Source of the DNA: Lama glama
Taxonomy: Eukaryota
DNA: 64,000 nt
NCBI GenBank assembly: GCA_028534125.1
Contig: CM052817.1
Span: forward strand, 88,042,001 to 88,106,000
Direction of reading: 5' to 3'
This document shows positions 53,370-64,000 of the stretch, piece by piece. The notes under the pieces are model-generated. The model saw only the letters and a list, made by a program, of their open reading frames with translations, was not told the origin of the DNA and did not search any database. Within the stretch, counting starts at the first letter, position 1. Every line of letters begins with the position of its first letter. Made by a program: the position numbers and the translations under genes.

Positions 53370-53600
53370 GATTTTGATGCCAGGCAGTTAGATACAAACC
53401 TGGGTTATATCCCAAATGTCCATGTGTCATGGATCAAGCTCCCAGCATCTCACTATCTCAGCTTACTAATCTGTAAATAAAAATGCAAAGAGAGAACTCA
53501 TGGTCTGTCTAAAAGACTAGAGGATGTATATTAAAAAGCTTACAGAGTTACATGATGTATAACAAGGGACTCAATATGCAGAAGCTGTTCTTACTTATTT
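53370..53600 (+). mobile_element. MIR
   Basis: aacctgggttatatccc...ctcagcttactaatctgtaaa...gactcaatatgcagaagctgttctta. Confidence 0.6.
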
Positions 53601-53719
53601 CTCTTTGTACATATGAACACATGTTCATATACACATGTGATAATTGGTTGTATACTCATGTTGTGAAATCAGATTAAATGTGAACAGGAATATATTAGTA
53701 AATAAAATAACACATAGCT

Positions 53720-54170
53720 GTAAAGAATGCACAACCTATCAAGAGAGATAGGCATGTGAAAAAGTAATTTAATAAGTGAGACAGAATTATGACAGTGATA
53801 TACAATTGTTACTCAAAGAACAGGGACAAAAAGCAACTGACCTAGGCTAGAAAGGCTTATAGAGGGAGTTGAAAGAAAATAGCATGTGAGTTTAGACATA
53901 AATAATAATTAGGAGGTAGCCGGGTGGCAGGTGACTGTGTCAGAGGAAGGGAAACCATTCCCAGGAGAGTGAGAACCCTGCACTAAAATGCTGTTATGTG
54001 CTGTCACAGAGCTGAATACAAGTCAGTAAAGCTGAGGCAGAAAGCAGAGAGAATGGCAAATTCTACACAGTGGCTGAAGAGAAAGGCAAGGACCAGATCG
54101 TTCATGAAGGGCTTTGAAAGTTCTGCTAAAAATTTGCACTGTGTCCTGAAACCATTGTGAAAATATACCA
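53720..54170 (-). mobile_element. L2 fragment
   Basis: ccattcccaggagagtgagaaccctgcactaaa..., ggcaaggaccagatcg, ctaaaaatttgcactgtgtcctgaa. Confidence 0.55.
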
Positions 54171-54511
54171 GGGTGAATACCAGTTTAATCTGCAGAGTAA
54201 ATGGTGTGGGTAAAAGTATAGAATATAAATGGCATAACTTTTGGGAAGTTTAATTTTGAATGCAATTTGGGAAGGAGACATTGAGCTAAATTCCCCAAAT
54301 ATTCAACTGATGAGAATGACTGACTATGACATCATTGGTAAATGACTGCATTTAGAAAAAAATTGTATTTATAAAATAAAGACCAATGAGATATGCAGTT
54401 CAACTCTCTTGTTAATATTCTATTTTCTTTATGATGAACTCTGAGAAGTTATCCTTTCCAGAGAAGTATGGAGTATTTTATCACCGTTTTTTTCCAGAAA
54501 GGAATCCTTAT

Positions 54512-55022
54512 TCTTTTTTGTCCCCCAGCTTTATGAAGATATAATTGATGTTACATTGTATAAGTTTAAGATGTACAACATAATGATTTGATATATACAT
54601 AATATTGTGAAATAATTACCAAACTAGTTTAGTTAATACATCCAACGCCTTTATTTTTCTTGTGGTAAAATTTTTTTTTAATCTTTTAGCAACATTCAGT
54701 ATACAATACAATATTGTTAACTATAGTCACCATGTGGTCTATTATATATTCACAATTAAATTCTCTAACTGGAAGTTTGTACCTTTTGACCACCTCCACC
54801 TATTTCCCACATCCCCTCACCACCCCACCCACCACCCATCTCTGGCACCCATCGATCATTTCTCTCTTTCAATGGATTCATTTTTTCAGATCCCACATGT
54901 AAGTGAGATCATATAATATTTGTCTTTGTCTGAATTATTTCACTTAGCATAGTGCCCTCAAGGTCCATCCATATTCTCACAAAAGATAAGATTTCTGTCT
55001 TTTCTATGACTGAATAATATTT
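54512..55022 (-). mobile_element. L1 3' end (L1MA9-like)
   Basis: cccagctttatgaagatataattga...tgtataagtttaagatgtacaacataatgatttgatata...ttgttaactatagtcaccatg...taactggaagtttgtaccttttgacc...cccacatgtaagtgagatcata. Confidence 0.9.
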
Positions 55023-57957
55023 GTGTGCGTGTGTGTCCGTGCATGTGTGTCCGTGCATGTGTGATATTTTTTAAATATGCCCTCAAAATGATTAAAACAT
55101 TTCCCCATAAAAGAATGTTACCTCTTCACCTCTCTTTAGGGTTTGAGAATAATTAATATCCACAAATATAAAGTAATCATCTGAACAGAACCCTAGATTG
55201 GTTCTCTAAATTAAGATCATAACTTCAGCAATCCATTTGATTTCTCTGTGAAAGCTATGTATCTCATACTGTGACTAAAAATTAGTGCCTCTCAAACATT
55301 CTAGTTTTTTTTTTCTTTTTGTTTTCCCCCAACAAAGAGGAAAGACAAAGAATATGTTTATAGATATAGATCTATTTAGAATCATAGGTAGGAGCCTCTC
55401 ATTTCTCTATTTTCCAGGTTCTGAAAGCAATTCTTATTAATTTGAAACTCTCAAGGCAACTTGTGTGGCTTTAAGGGGGCAGTGTGTTGAGAGCTGGGAC
55501 AGCGGGGTCCTATTTGGTGTTCGTTTTCCTTTCCTTTGATTGCATAAGGCTGTGCTATATAGCTGGACTTAACTATCTACAAGAATTGACTGACTCTGAA
55601 GGATCATCAATAAAATAAGCCAGCTCTTGGAATTAAGTTCAGTGTCTGAATGCCTTGTTTAACTTATCTTGCTTATCTGGCCTTGCTTTCTGATGCTTGA
55701 AAACTCTGTGAACAGTAACTTTCACGCTTCCCTCAATCTGCATGTTGCTGCTCATTCTGTTCTTCCTAAAACTTTGCTTGAGATTCAAAAATCCTCATGA
55801 GATGAAAACCCTGGTATGATCCACGCCTGCACCAATCCCTGCTCTGAGCTGGTGACCCATGTCAAGCCCTGTCCTGCCTCAAAAAGTCCCTAGTTACTCT
55901 GCCCAAGGGACAGAGAAGTCTCTTTTTCTTTTTTCAGTGCTTTGCTGCCCTCACCTGACTGAGACTGTCCTGTTAAAAACTTGAAAACAGAATAGTTAGG
56001 TCTAGGGGTATAGTGGCCTGAGAACTTTAAGACACATTTCCTTTATTTATTTTAAGGGAGTAAGCAAGAGAGAACCATTCACAGACTTAAAAATAAGCAA
56101 ACAAACAGAAACTTGGGAAAAATAAATAAATCCTGCAGTCATAAATTACTACTAAAGATACAGGTCAAATTCAAAGGGAATAAATCTGTGTCCCATTTCA
56201 TGCCCATGTTCTGTGTTCTCCTTCATGGTGTTTTAGAATAACAATTAGTTATTTTAAATAGTCTTATTGTAAAAAGAAAAAAGTTACTAGTAATCCCATC
56301 CCCAAAGAAAATGTCTATTTACACTTTTTCTTGGTCCTCTGTAACCATTAGTCATAAATATACACATATCACAAATAAATGCTATATACATGAATATAGA
56401 GTGTATTGTTAGATATTTTTGAAAAGTGAAGAAGTGCTGAAATTTTATTTTGATGCATTTTCCTCCACATTTGGGACATATAATTTCACTTAGATTCAGA
56501 TTCAAGCCATCAATTATTTAACCTTATGTCCAAATGCATTACACAATCTAGATATCTGTAATTCCACACTCTTGCTTCCTGTGTACTGAATGGAAGGATA
56601 TATAAGCTGGGGCACCACTAAAACATGAATATCAACTGCCTTTCTCACTTGGAAGTAGGACTCCATAGAATAGGACTAATTAGCCCTTTGACAAAGTTCC
56701 TGATGCCTCCGTAATTAACATTAGTGTCCAAGGGCAGATTAAGATAATTCTAACATTGCTCAATATTTGAATTTTATAAATATGCATTAGCATACATCAT
56801 ATTATTTGATAATATAAGAACAATTGATGTTTTGTAACTTCCTTTTTTGTACTCAAAAGAAAAACAAAGTGTCATCAGCCATCACTGGACTTTTACTTCA
56901 TTATCTGAGAACTGGGGCATGACAAATGTCCATTTTTAAACTACTCTAAGAAAAAAAAAATGAAGAATACTACAGTTTTCAGTGTTTGTCAGTCTTACTG
57001 GGAGATTCTGGAGCATAATTTACAGCCCTTATTTCAGCCGATCTAGGCTTTATACCACTTGTGTCAGTGGCCACATTTGGAATTCACAGTATTGGCAGAT
57101 GCCCCCACTCAGGTGGTTGTGTTACCCAAGTGTAAAATCCTCAGTCTGTGGAAAATTAGAAAACACATTATGACATATCATACTGCCCAGGATTAGTCAG
57201 AAGGTGCCAATGTATTATTAGCAGGGATGATGCGCGCCAACACCTACAAAAGTCCAATTGTCAAGGCAAGCACCTGCATCTGTTCACCTGAAGCAGTGAT
57301 TGCTGCCTCTCCAATTATTCACAGAACCTTGACCAAGTGCCATGTACACACTGAAAGTTATCCCTGGCTCCATCTCTCCTCTCAGACCAACAGTTCTTGG
57401 AATGGCACAGGTGCCTTAGACTTAACCCAAATTACATTAAATGCGGGTTTTACCTGTCATACGTGATTTAAGTAGGGTAAGGGCTCTGATGAGAAGGAAG
57501 TAAAACCTGAAAATGCCATGATCGTTCTGCAGAATCCTCCAGGCTCCAGTTGACTCACAGTTGGTTCTCTTCAACTGAAACAGTAGAGTAGACAAGCATG
57601 ACCACCCTTACTGGCTTGATCTTCTTATAATTCATCTGCCTACATCTGCAAGGACTGTGAGCTCCTTTAGGTTTCAACAGCCACCTCTGGCACGATAATA
57701 TGTGTGGTTTCATGCTCTTTTAGTACAGAAGAAATATGTCCCTACTAAGGCATTTGTGTCCATAGCTTCGGCCACCTGTGTTTCACTGCATTTAGGTGAG
57801 GAACTATTACCATAACTCCCTGTCTCAAAAGAAGCTATGTGAGGAAAACTCGCTTGCCTCTCAATTTATTTTTAAAAGCTTTCTAATAAACTTTCAACTA
57901 ATCTGATCGCCAGGAAACTCTCATTATATACACCTTCATTTAAAAATTAGGAAACTG

Positions 57958-58111
57958 GGAGGGAGGGTATAGCTTAGCGATAGAGCACGTGCTTAGTATG
58001 CATGAGGTCCTGGCTTCAATCCCCAGTATTTCCATTAAAAAATAAATAAATAAACCTAATAACCAGCCCCCCAAAACAAAACAAAAACAAAAAACAAACA
58101 AAAAATAAAAT
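57958..58111 (+). mobile_element. Full-length Vic-1-type tRNA-Ala-derived SINE with TSD
   Basis: gggagggtatagcttagcgatagagcacgtgcttagtatgcatgaggtcctggcttcaatccccagtatttcca aligns to tRNA-Ala(AGC) with A/B boxes; A-rich (caaaa)n tail; TSD ttaggaaactg 57947-57957 / 58115-58125. Confidence 0.92.
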
Positions 58112-58125
58112 AAGTTAGGAAACTG

Positions 58126-58230
58126 TTGTACAGAGATAAAGCAACTTTATTCATGTTACACAATTTGTTGGTAGCCAAGCCATTTCTGAAACCCAATTTT
58201 CCTGACCTCAGCCTTACTCTCTTTTTAGTA
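58126..58230 (-). mobile_element. MIR (host of the SINE insertion; left part ~57920-57957)
   Basis: ttaggaaactg|ttgtacagagataaagcaactttattcatgttacacaatttgttggtagccaagcc...gaaaccca. Confidence 0.55.
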
Positions 58231-59281
58231 CAACATCCATCTTGCAAGTAAGAGAATGTTTGCTTCATAGAAGTAAACAATCTTTAAATGTCTGTTACCT
58301 ATATCTTTAATTAAAATTATTTCTTTTATCTAAGGTAAGTATATACATCTTACTGAAGTTATTTTTTTTGACAGATCTATCACTTTCCTGTTTATAGTTA
58401 CACCACTTTGTAAACTAGAGATTGAAAATTTATTGCTAAATGTAAGCGCATTATGTCTAATAAAAATTAACATTAATAATGAATGTAAAAAATATTTCTA
58501 ATACATTGAGGAACTATTTTTAAGTTAAAATAAAATAAATAATATTAAATGCTCCAGGAAAAGCTAACATGTTTTCCAGTCAGTTTAAAAGAAATGCCAT
58601 AACCCGTCTGCCCAAAATAACTCCCTCTTTTAGCATTTGAAATGTTTTAAAGAAAAGATTTATCAAGCTTCCTTTAATACCTGTCAATTATCATGGAAAT
58701 TAAAGAACAAAAAGGAATGCTGTCTAGGGCTGATCGTAACAGTCACCAATTGACTCTCTTTCAAATTGAGGAAAAATATGTTTGCAGTAAAATCACTTTT
58801 ACTCTGTTTAGAAACCTTGTTAACTTTTCTTTTTAAATGTTGATCACATTGTTTGCTTTAGAAGAGATACAGGCCCTTTGAGAAAACAATTTTTCAAATA
58901 GGCTGAGAATTTTGTATCTCAAACCTTTTCTCCTGATACAGAGACAATCCTCACTGACAATGAAACAATTAAATTCAAATTTCAGTTCTCAATAGACTCA
59001 GCTTGGGGACATCAAAAGGAAGGAGAGAAGCTTGGGTTAAGTTACAAAAATTGCTGTGAAACTTTTTCCAGACTTGTAGAAATAAAATGAAACAGAAAAC
59101 ACATAGGATTTCATACACTCAGCTACTCTATAATTCCTCTCACCAGTTTTCTTTTAAATGATTGCAATTTGTTAGAAAAAGATGTAATACAGGAAAACAA
59201 ATTCTAAAGATGTGATAAGAAATTCCTTTTATGAAAGGATTTTTTTTAAAATTTCTTATGGAAAAAAAGCTATTGAAACCC

Positions 59282-59475
59282 TGTGTTGTCTATTGGTACA
59301 TAAAAACACACACCCAAAATTGAATCACATATAACAATAAGAATCTATTATTTCTCACAAATTTGTGTGTTGGCTACGCCATTCTTCTGGTATCGTCTGA
59401 GTTCACTGATGTGACTGCATCGTTGACAGGGAGCTGGCTTAGCCGGGGACACTGAGGGAGCTTCCTCCCTCCTTT
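59282..59475 (-). mobile_element. MLT1-type LTR fragment
   Basis: tctattggtacataaaaacacacacccaaaat...acaataagaatctattatttctcacaaatttgtgtgttggct...gttcactgatgtgactgcat. Confidence 0.65.
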
Positions 59476-60862
59476 ATAAAAATATCTTTATTTTGCACTG
59501 GGACTCAGAAATTAGGTAACCAGCCCTAGAGGCGAGGGGAGAAGCAAGTATGCTAGTCTACGATGAGGTGATGGTGGTCTGAACAGTACAGTAGCAAAAA
59601 GGTAGTGCAAAGTAATTTGGATTTTGAATATGCTTTGTCTATAAGAGTCAAGAAAGACTTTTGATGAAGTGTTTGTAAAATATGAAAGAAAGGTCAGAGG
59701 CTTCAGTGTCTAATGTTAACACTATTCAGATTTGTTTCTGCCTCAAGATAAATGTTCTGCAATGCAGAACACATGCAAAGAAGCAATGTATTCAGTGTCA
59801 CAGCCAAAGTTCATTTCGACTTTGAATAACTAATACAAATATAGCAGTGTTGTGACTACTAGTAAGTTTGTTAGTTTTCCTTTACCTCAATTATCTCATC
59901 TATGAATTTGTAATATGATGTTTTGTTGTGAGATTTAAGAAAATGATTTACTTGGCACAGTAGCAAAGACATAAAGTTATTATTCTCTTGACCCTATAAG
60001 GTTATAACAATATATGTTTACCTTGTAGAAATGTGTGACCTCTTTTGTGTGTCATATCTCCAGAATAGAAACTGGTGTTTTCCCCCAAATCACTTTCATA
60101 TGAACGTTTGTCTTTACCAATTCAGCTAGCCTTGTATTATTCTAGTGAGAAGAAAAATCAACCAATGTTCAATATATATTAATTATTCAGTACTGGCCTA
60201 GTTAGCTTAGAGATATAAAGTAGGCCTCTGAGTTCCCTAGTATATAATAAGTACTAATTTCTTACTTTCCAAATTCAGTTCCCTGAAGAGAATAGACTGC
60301 TCTGTCAAAATGCACATATTTTCCTTTCAGTAACCTGTGTTTCTTTTATTAGATACCTTTCTTCACCTTCGCTGGATTTTCAATCTCCTCTCTTTGCAGT
60401 GCCTTCTGATTGACATTCTAATTCTGATGACCTATGTAGCTGGATTGAAACTTCTTTCTCTTAAAGACTCAGACATAGAAGATGAGGATTTGACAAATGG
60501 CTTACCAATTCCTATACCTTTAGAGAATAATCACTTTTTTCTCAAAAGAAGAAAAGCAATTTGTTATAGTAGGTTTCCTTCAGTTAAATGTCATGCTATA
60601 ATGTAAAAAGAACATAACATTCAGTTTTAATCATAAGGTAGAATTATTGAGGAGTTAATAGCTAATTTCTTTATAATTATTATTATCTGTGAGAAGATTA
60701 TTCCAAATAGGATCAAATGGTATCATTTTTGAAACATTGATTTTTTTTTCTTTATTTAAAAATTTTAATCCTAATTTGACCTTCCTCTGACTCTTAAAAG
60801 CAGACAGAGAAGGAAATGTTTAACATTGTGGAAGGATACTTCTACAGTTATGATATAATCTA

Positions 60863-62051
60863 TGATGGAATCTGACAAGTTTGCCTTAAGGTTCCCCTCA
60901 GCTTGACTACACTTTAGACAGTTTCTTTCTGACCGTAGACCTTGATCTTCCCTCTTGTAGAGCATTTCCTTTAGAAAACTTGCAATTTTAAATACTTTTA
61001 CTGCTGTTTTGAAATACAAACCTTCTGCCAGACTCTGACCAGTTTTATAACCCAGGAATATCTTTCTCAAAGATCTAGAAGCCATCCCTTTGAAATGTAG
61101 TCATTCAGAAGGATAGTGTCTCAAAAAAGTAGAAGTAAGAACTATCATACAATCCAGCAGTTCCACTCTGGGTATTTATCTATATAAATGAAGACACAAA
61201 TTTGTAAAGATACATGCACCCCAATGTTCACAGCAGCACTATTTATAATAACCAAGATATGGAAACAGCGTCTGTGTCCATCAACAGATGAATGGATAAA
61301 GAAGATGTGGTATGTATGTGTAATGGAATATTACTCAGCCATAAAAAATAATGAAATCTTGCCGTTTGCAACAACATGAATGGGCCTGGAGGGTATAGGT
61401 CAGACAAAGAAAAACAAATACTGTATGTTCACTTATGTGTGGAATACTTGTGTGGAAAAATAAAACAAACAAGCAAATATAACAAAACAGATACAGACTC
61501 ACCAGATGCAGAGAACAAACTAGTGGTTACTGGAGGTGAGGGAGTGAGGGGAGGAGCAAAATAGGTGAAGGGGATTAAGAAGTACAAACAGTGTTATAAA
61601 ATAAGTCACAGGGATGTAATGTACACCACAGGGAATATAGTCAATGTTTTATAATAACGTTGTGTGGTGTTTAATCTATAAAAATATCGAACCACTATGT
61701 TGTACATCTGAAACTAATACAATACTGTATGCCAAATATACCTCAATTTTTTTTTTTAAAAAAAAAGGAAAAGAAAAGACACAAAGAAAGATAGTTTCTC
61801 TGTCTCCCGATCTCTATGGAAAGCTAGGAGCCTAACTTGGATAAGTACAATTAACAAACATAAATGGCTGAATTTCATTAAGGAACTTCTCAGGTAATAT
61901 CCTTGAATACTTTTCTACTAGCTAACCCCAGACTTAAAAACTCTCTTGTTTCTGTTTCAGTGGCGATGGGTTATTTTGACCCTCACTGCCAGTGTCTTGA
62001 GTAAAATCTTCCTTACATGTTTAATATGCTCAATGGAATTTTTCTTTGACA
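60863..62051 (+). mobile_element. MER31-like (MER4-group ERV1) LTR split by an L1 (pieces 60863-61122 and 61785-62051)
   Basis: ctcagcttgactacactttagacag...agagcatttcctttagaaaacttgcaatt...cccaggaatatctttctcaa...gccatccctttgaaatgta; ends tttttctttgaca. Confidence 0.75.
61123..61784 (+). mobile_element. L1 3' end (ORF2 C-terminus + 3'UTR) with TSD
   Basis: ORF 61188-61379 KDTCTPMFTAALFIITKIWKQRLCPSTDEWIKKMWY...EYYSAIKNNEILPFATT is the ORF2p C-terminus; TSD agaaggatagtgtctc (61107-61122) / agaaagatagtttctc (61785-61800). Confidence 0.93.
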
Positions 62052-64000
62052 CATGTCAAGGACCTTCTAAATGAGTTTCAGTACAGAATGAGAAAAGAGG
62101 GTAGTGTCAAGAACCCAGTGGGTCATCTCTAGGGCAATGGGCAGACCAACCTAAATAAAAACTGTGTAGTGGAAGTCACATTAGCACTTGGATTAATAAG
62201 GAAAAATCATAGCATTGGGAAAAGACTTAGATGTTTAGAATTTCTTAAAAAAATAATAGAATAATGTTGCAAAGAAATTATCTTTATGACTACATAATTT
62301 ATATTCAGATGTTTGTCATATGAAACTTCTGAAAAGATTTTAAAAGATCTGAAAATAACGTAGAAAATAATTCTTTACTAGCCAGTTTCCTCAAAATTAG
62401 TGTTTGAGTCTATCATCAATAAAGAATTTTAGAGGCTATTTTCATAAGATGTACAAATGTCTCAAAGATACCAGAATGTAAGCTTATTAGAACAGAGCCA
62501 TATCAGTGTTAATCATCACTTTCTGCACATGTTTCCAGTACTGGTGTATAAAAATATTCAAAAACTATTTTTTTGATGTGCATTGATGAAAATCAGTGAG
62601 AAGAAGGGTTTTGTGCCAGGCTTAGGGTGCCTCGACAAGATAGCATACAGTCACTTTAGGAGGTTATGATGAGGATGACCTGGACAAATTTGAAGAGAAA
62701 TACATCTTTAATATCCTTTATAATTTTGAAGCTATTACTGTGAAATAAAACTCTCATGTCCCAAAGTGCACAAAACATGAAATATGATTTAATAAGTGGT
62801 TAAGAGCAAATACCTGTTAGCCACCCCTGAGGTGTACTTATGTATTTTTCTCAACGTTGCCCATAGTTTTTAATATATTCCAATTCACTTTCAGAAACAT
62901 GGGTGATTCTTAAGTACCTGTTAAACTGTAAGTTTATATCAAAGGTACCAAAAGATGGATGTACAAAAACGATGGATTGACATTATAAAAGATTTGTCAG
63001 TTAATTGAATACATTTCTGTCAATTAATTTCACAGATTTTTCACTGAAGTCACTCTCTGAAGTGGATTCCTTTTAAGGGAATAAACTTCATTAAGTAGAA
63101 TTTTTGTCAAAGATTACATACTAACAATGTCATTTAAATTCTGCATATACAAAAATTGAAAATGGCTACAAATAAACATTTATTGGAAATCAGTCTCTTA
63201 GTTTCAGATGGCTCAAGAAGTTTATTGGCAGGAAATAATAGGAAACTTGTAAATGTTATCAGAAGAACTGTGGTGAATGCACCGACATTATGGATGGTAT
63301 ACGGCATTTAGATGATATTCCTAGATATCATTCTTAATGATCTCGTTACATATAAAAAAAAAAAAGAGGAGAGAAAGCTGAAGAGATAATGAGTTAAAAT
63401 TCTTTAAAACAGACAAAATAAATTTTATTTTAAGATTCTTGCACAAAAGGCCATGTGCATTGTGCAGCCAAAAGATATCAAAAAATACTGCCAATGCTCT
63501 GTAATACAGGCATTTGTCTACAATTGTGAAACAAACCAAAAAAAAAAAAAGGGAAATTTGTGCTTGTCAGATAAAGGAACTGTTTCTGCTGCATGGTCAG
63601 TAAGATCAGTAAAAACTGAACCAGATTTCTATGCTTTCCTAGAATTGTCCTAGTAATGTCTTTATGGTATATTTAAAACCTCGAGATTCCCTTCTCCTCC
63701 ACCCTCCATAATTATAACTGAAAAAAATCTCTTTGGTAGTTTTTAGAAGATTGTGCTGATGAAAGATCATTTCCCCCAGCTTATATCTTTTCTTCCAGTC
63801 TCATTAATACTTTTAAACGAGGCCCATATTTCAAATAATTAAAGAAGTATCAGTCCTTTCATTTCCCACAGCAACAATAGGGATGGTATTTACAATGATA
63901 TTTACATACCTATTTCCCATGAATCAAATGGAAGATATAACACATACACCAAGAGACTGCAAATGTAATGAGGATGGACCTTGTATGGAGAAACTTCCTT

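Noticed and set aside
57100..57695. CTCF-like strings (tgcccccactcaggtgg; cagccacctctggca)
   Set aside because: Spacing does not fit the CTCF core consensus
57958..58034. tRNA-Ala gene
   Set aside because: Mutated stems and anticodon, followed by SINE body, A-rich tail and TSD: it is a SINE
1..64000. A novel multi-gene system, operon, CRISPR array or defence island
   Set aside because: Mammalian repeat-rich non-coding DNA: the longest ORF is 139 aa, and there is no repeat-spacer array or gene cluster

Overview
AT-rich, gene-poor mammalian genomic DNA, most likely from a camelid (camel/llama/alpaca). The species inference rests on two tRNA-Ala-derived Vic-1-type SINEs and cetartiodactyl-type L1 3' ends, with no ruminant, pig or primate SINEs noticed. 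I can support no intact protein-coding gene or functional RNA gene. The supplied ORFs are chance ORFs in AT-rich DNA or decayed L1/ERV pieces. Much of the window is interspersed repeat (L1, L2, MIR, class I/II/III LTRs, microsatellites), with one 100-N assembly gap at 41579-41678. I did not find a new biological system. The best observations are structural. (1) A young-looking betaretrovirus-like LTR runs into the gap, whose far edge stops at the matching target-site duplication, so a provirus or polymorphic insertion could be hidden there. (2) An L1 with a perfect 17-bp TSD carries both a tiny twin-priming inversion and a ~95-bp templated copy of unique DNA from ~1.65 kb upstream. (3) There is a nested LTR stack at 46.2-48.5 kb. 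Repeat family names come from recalled consensus resemblance, not a database search, and boundaries of old elements are approximate.
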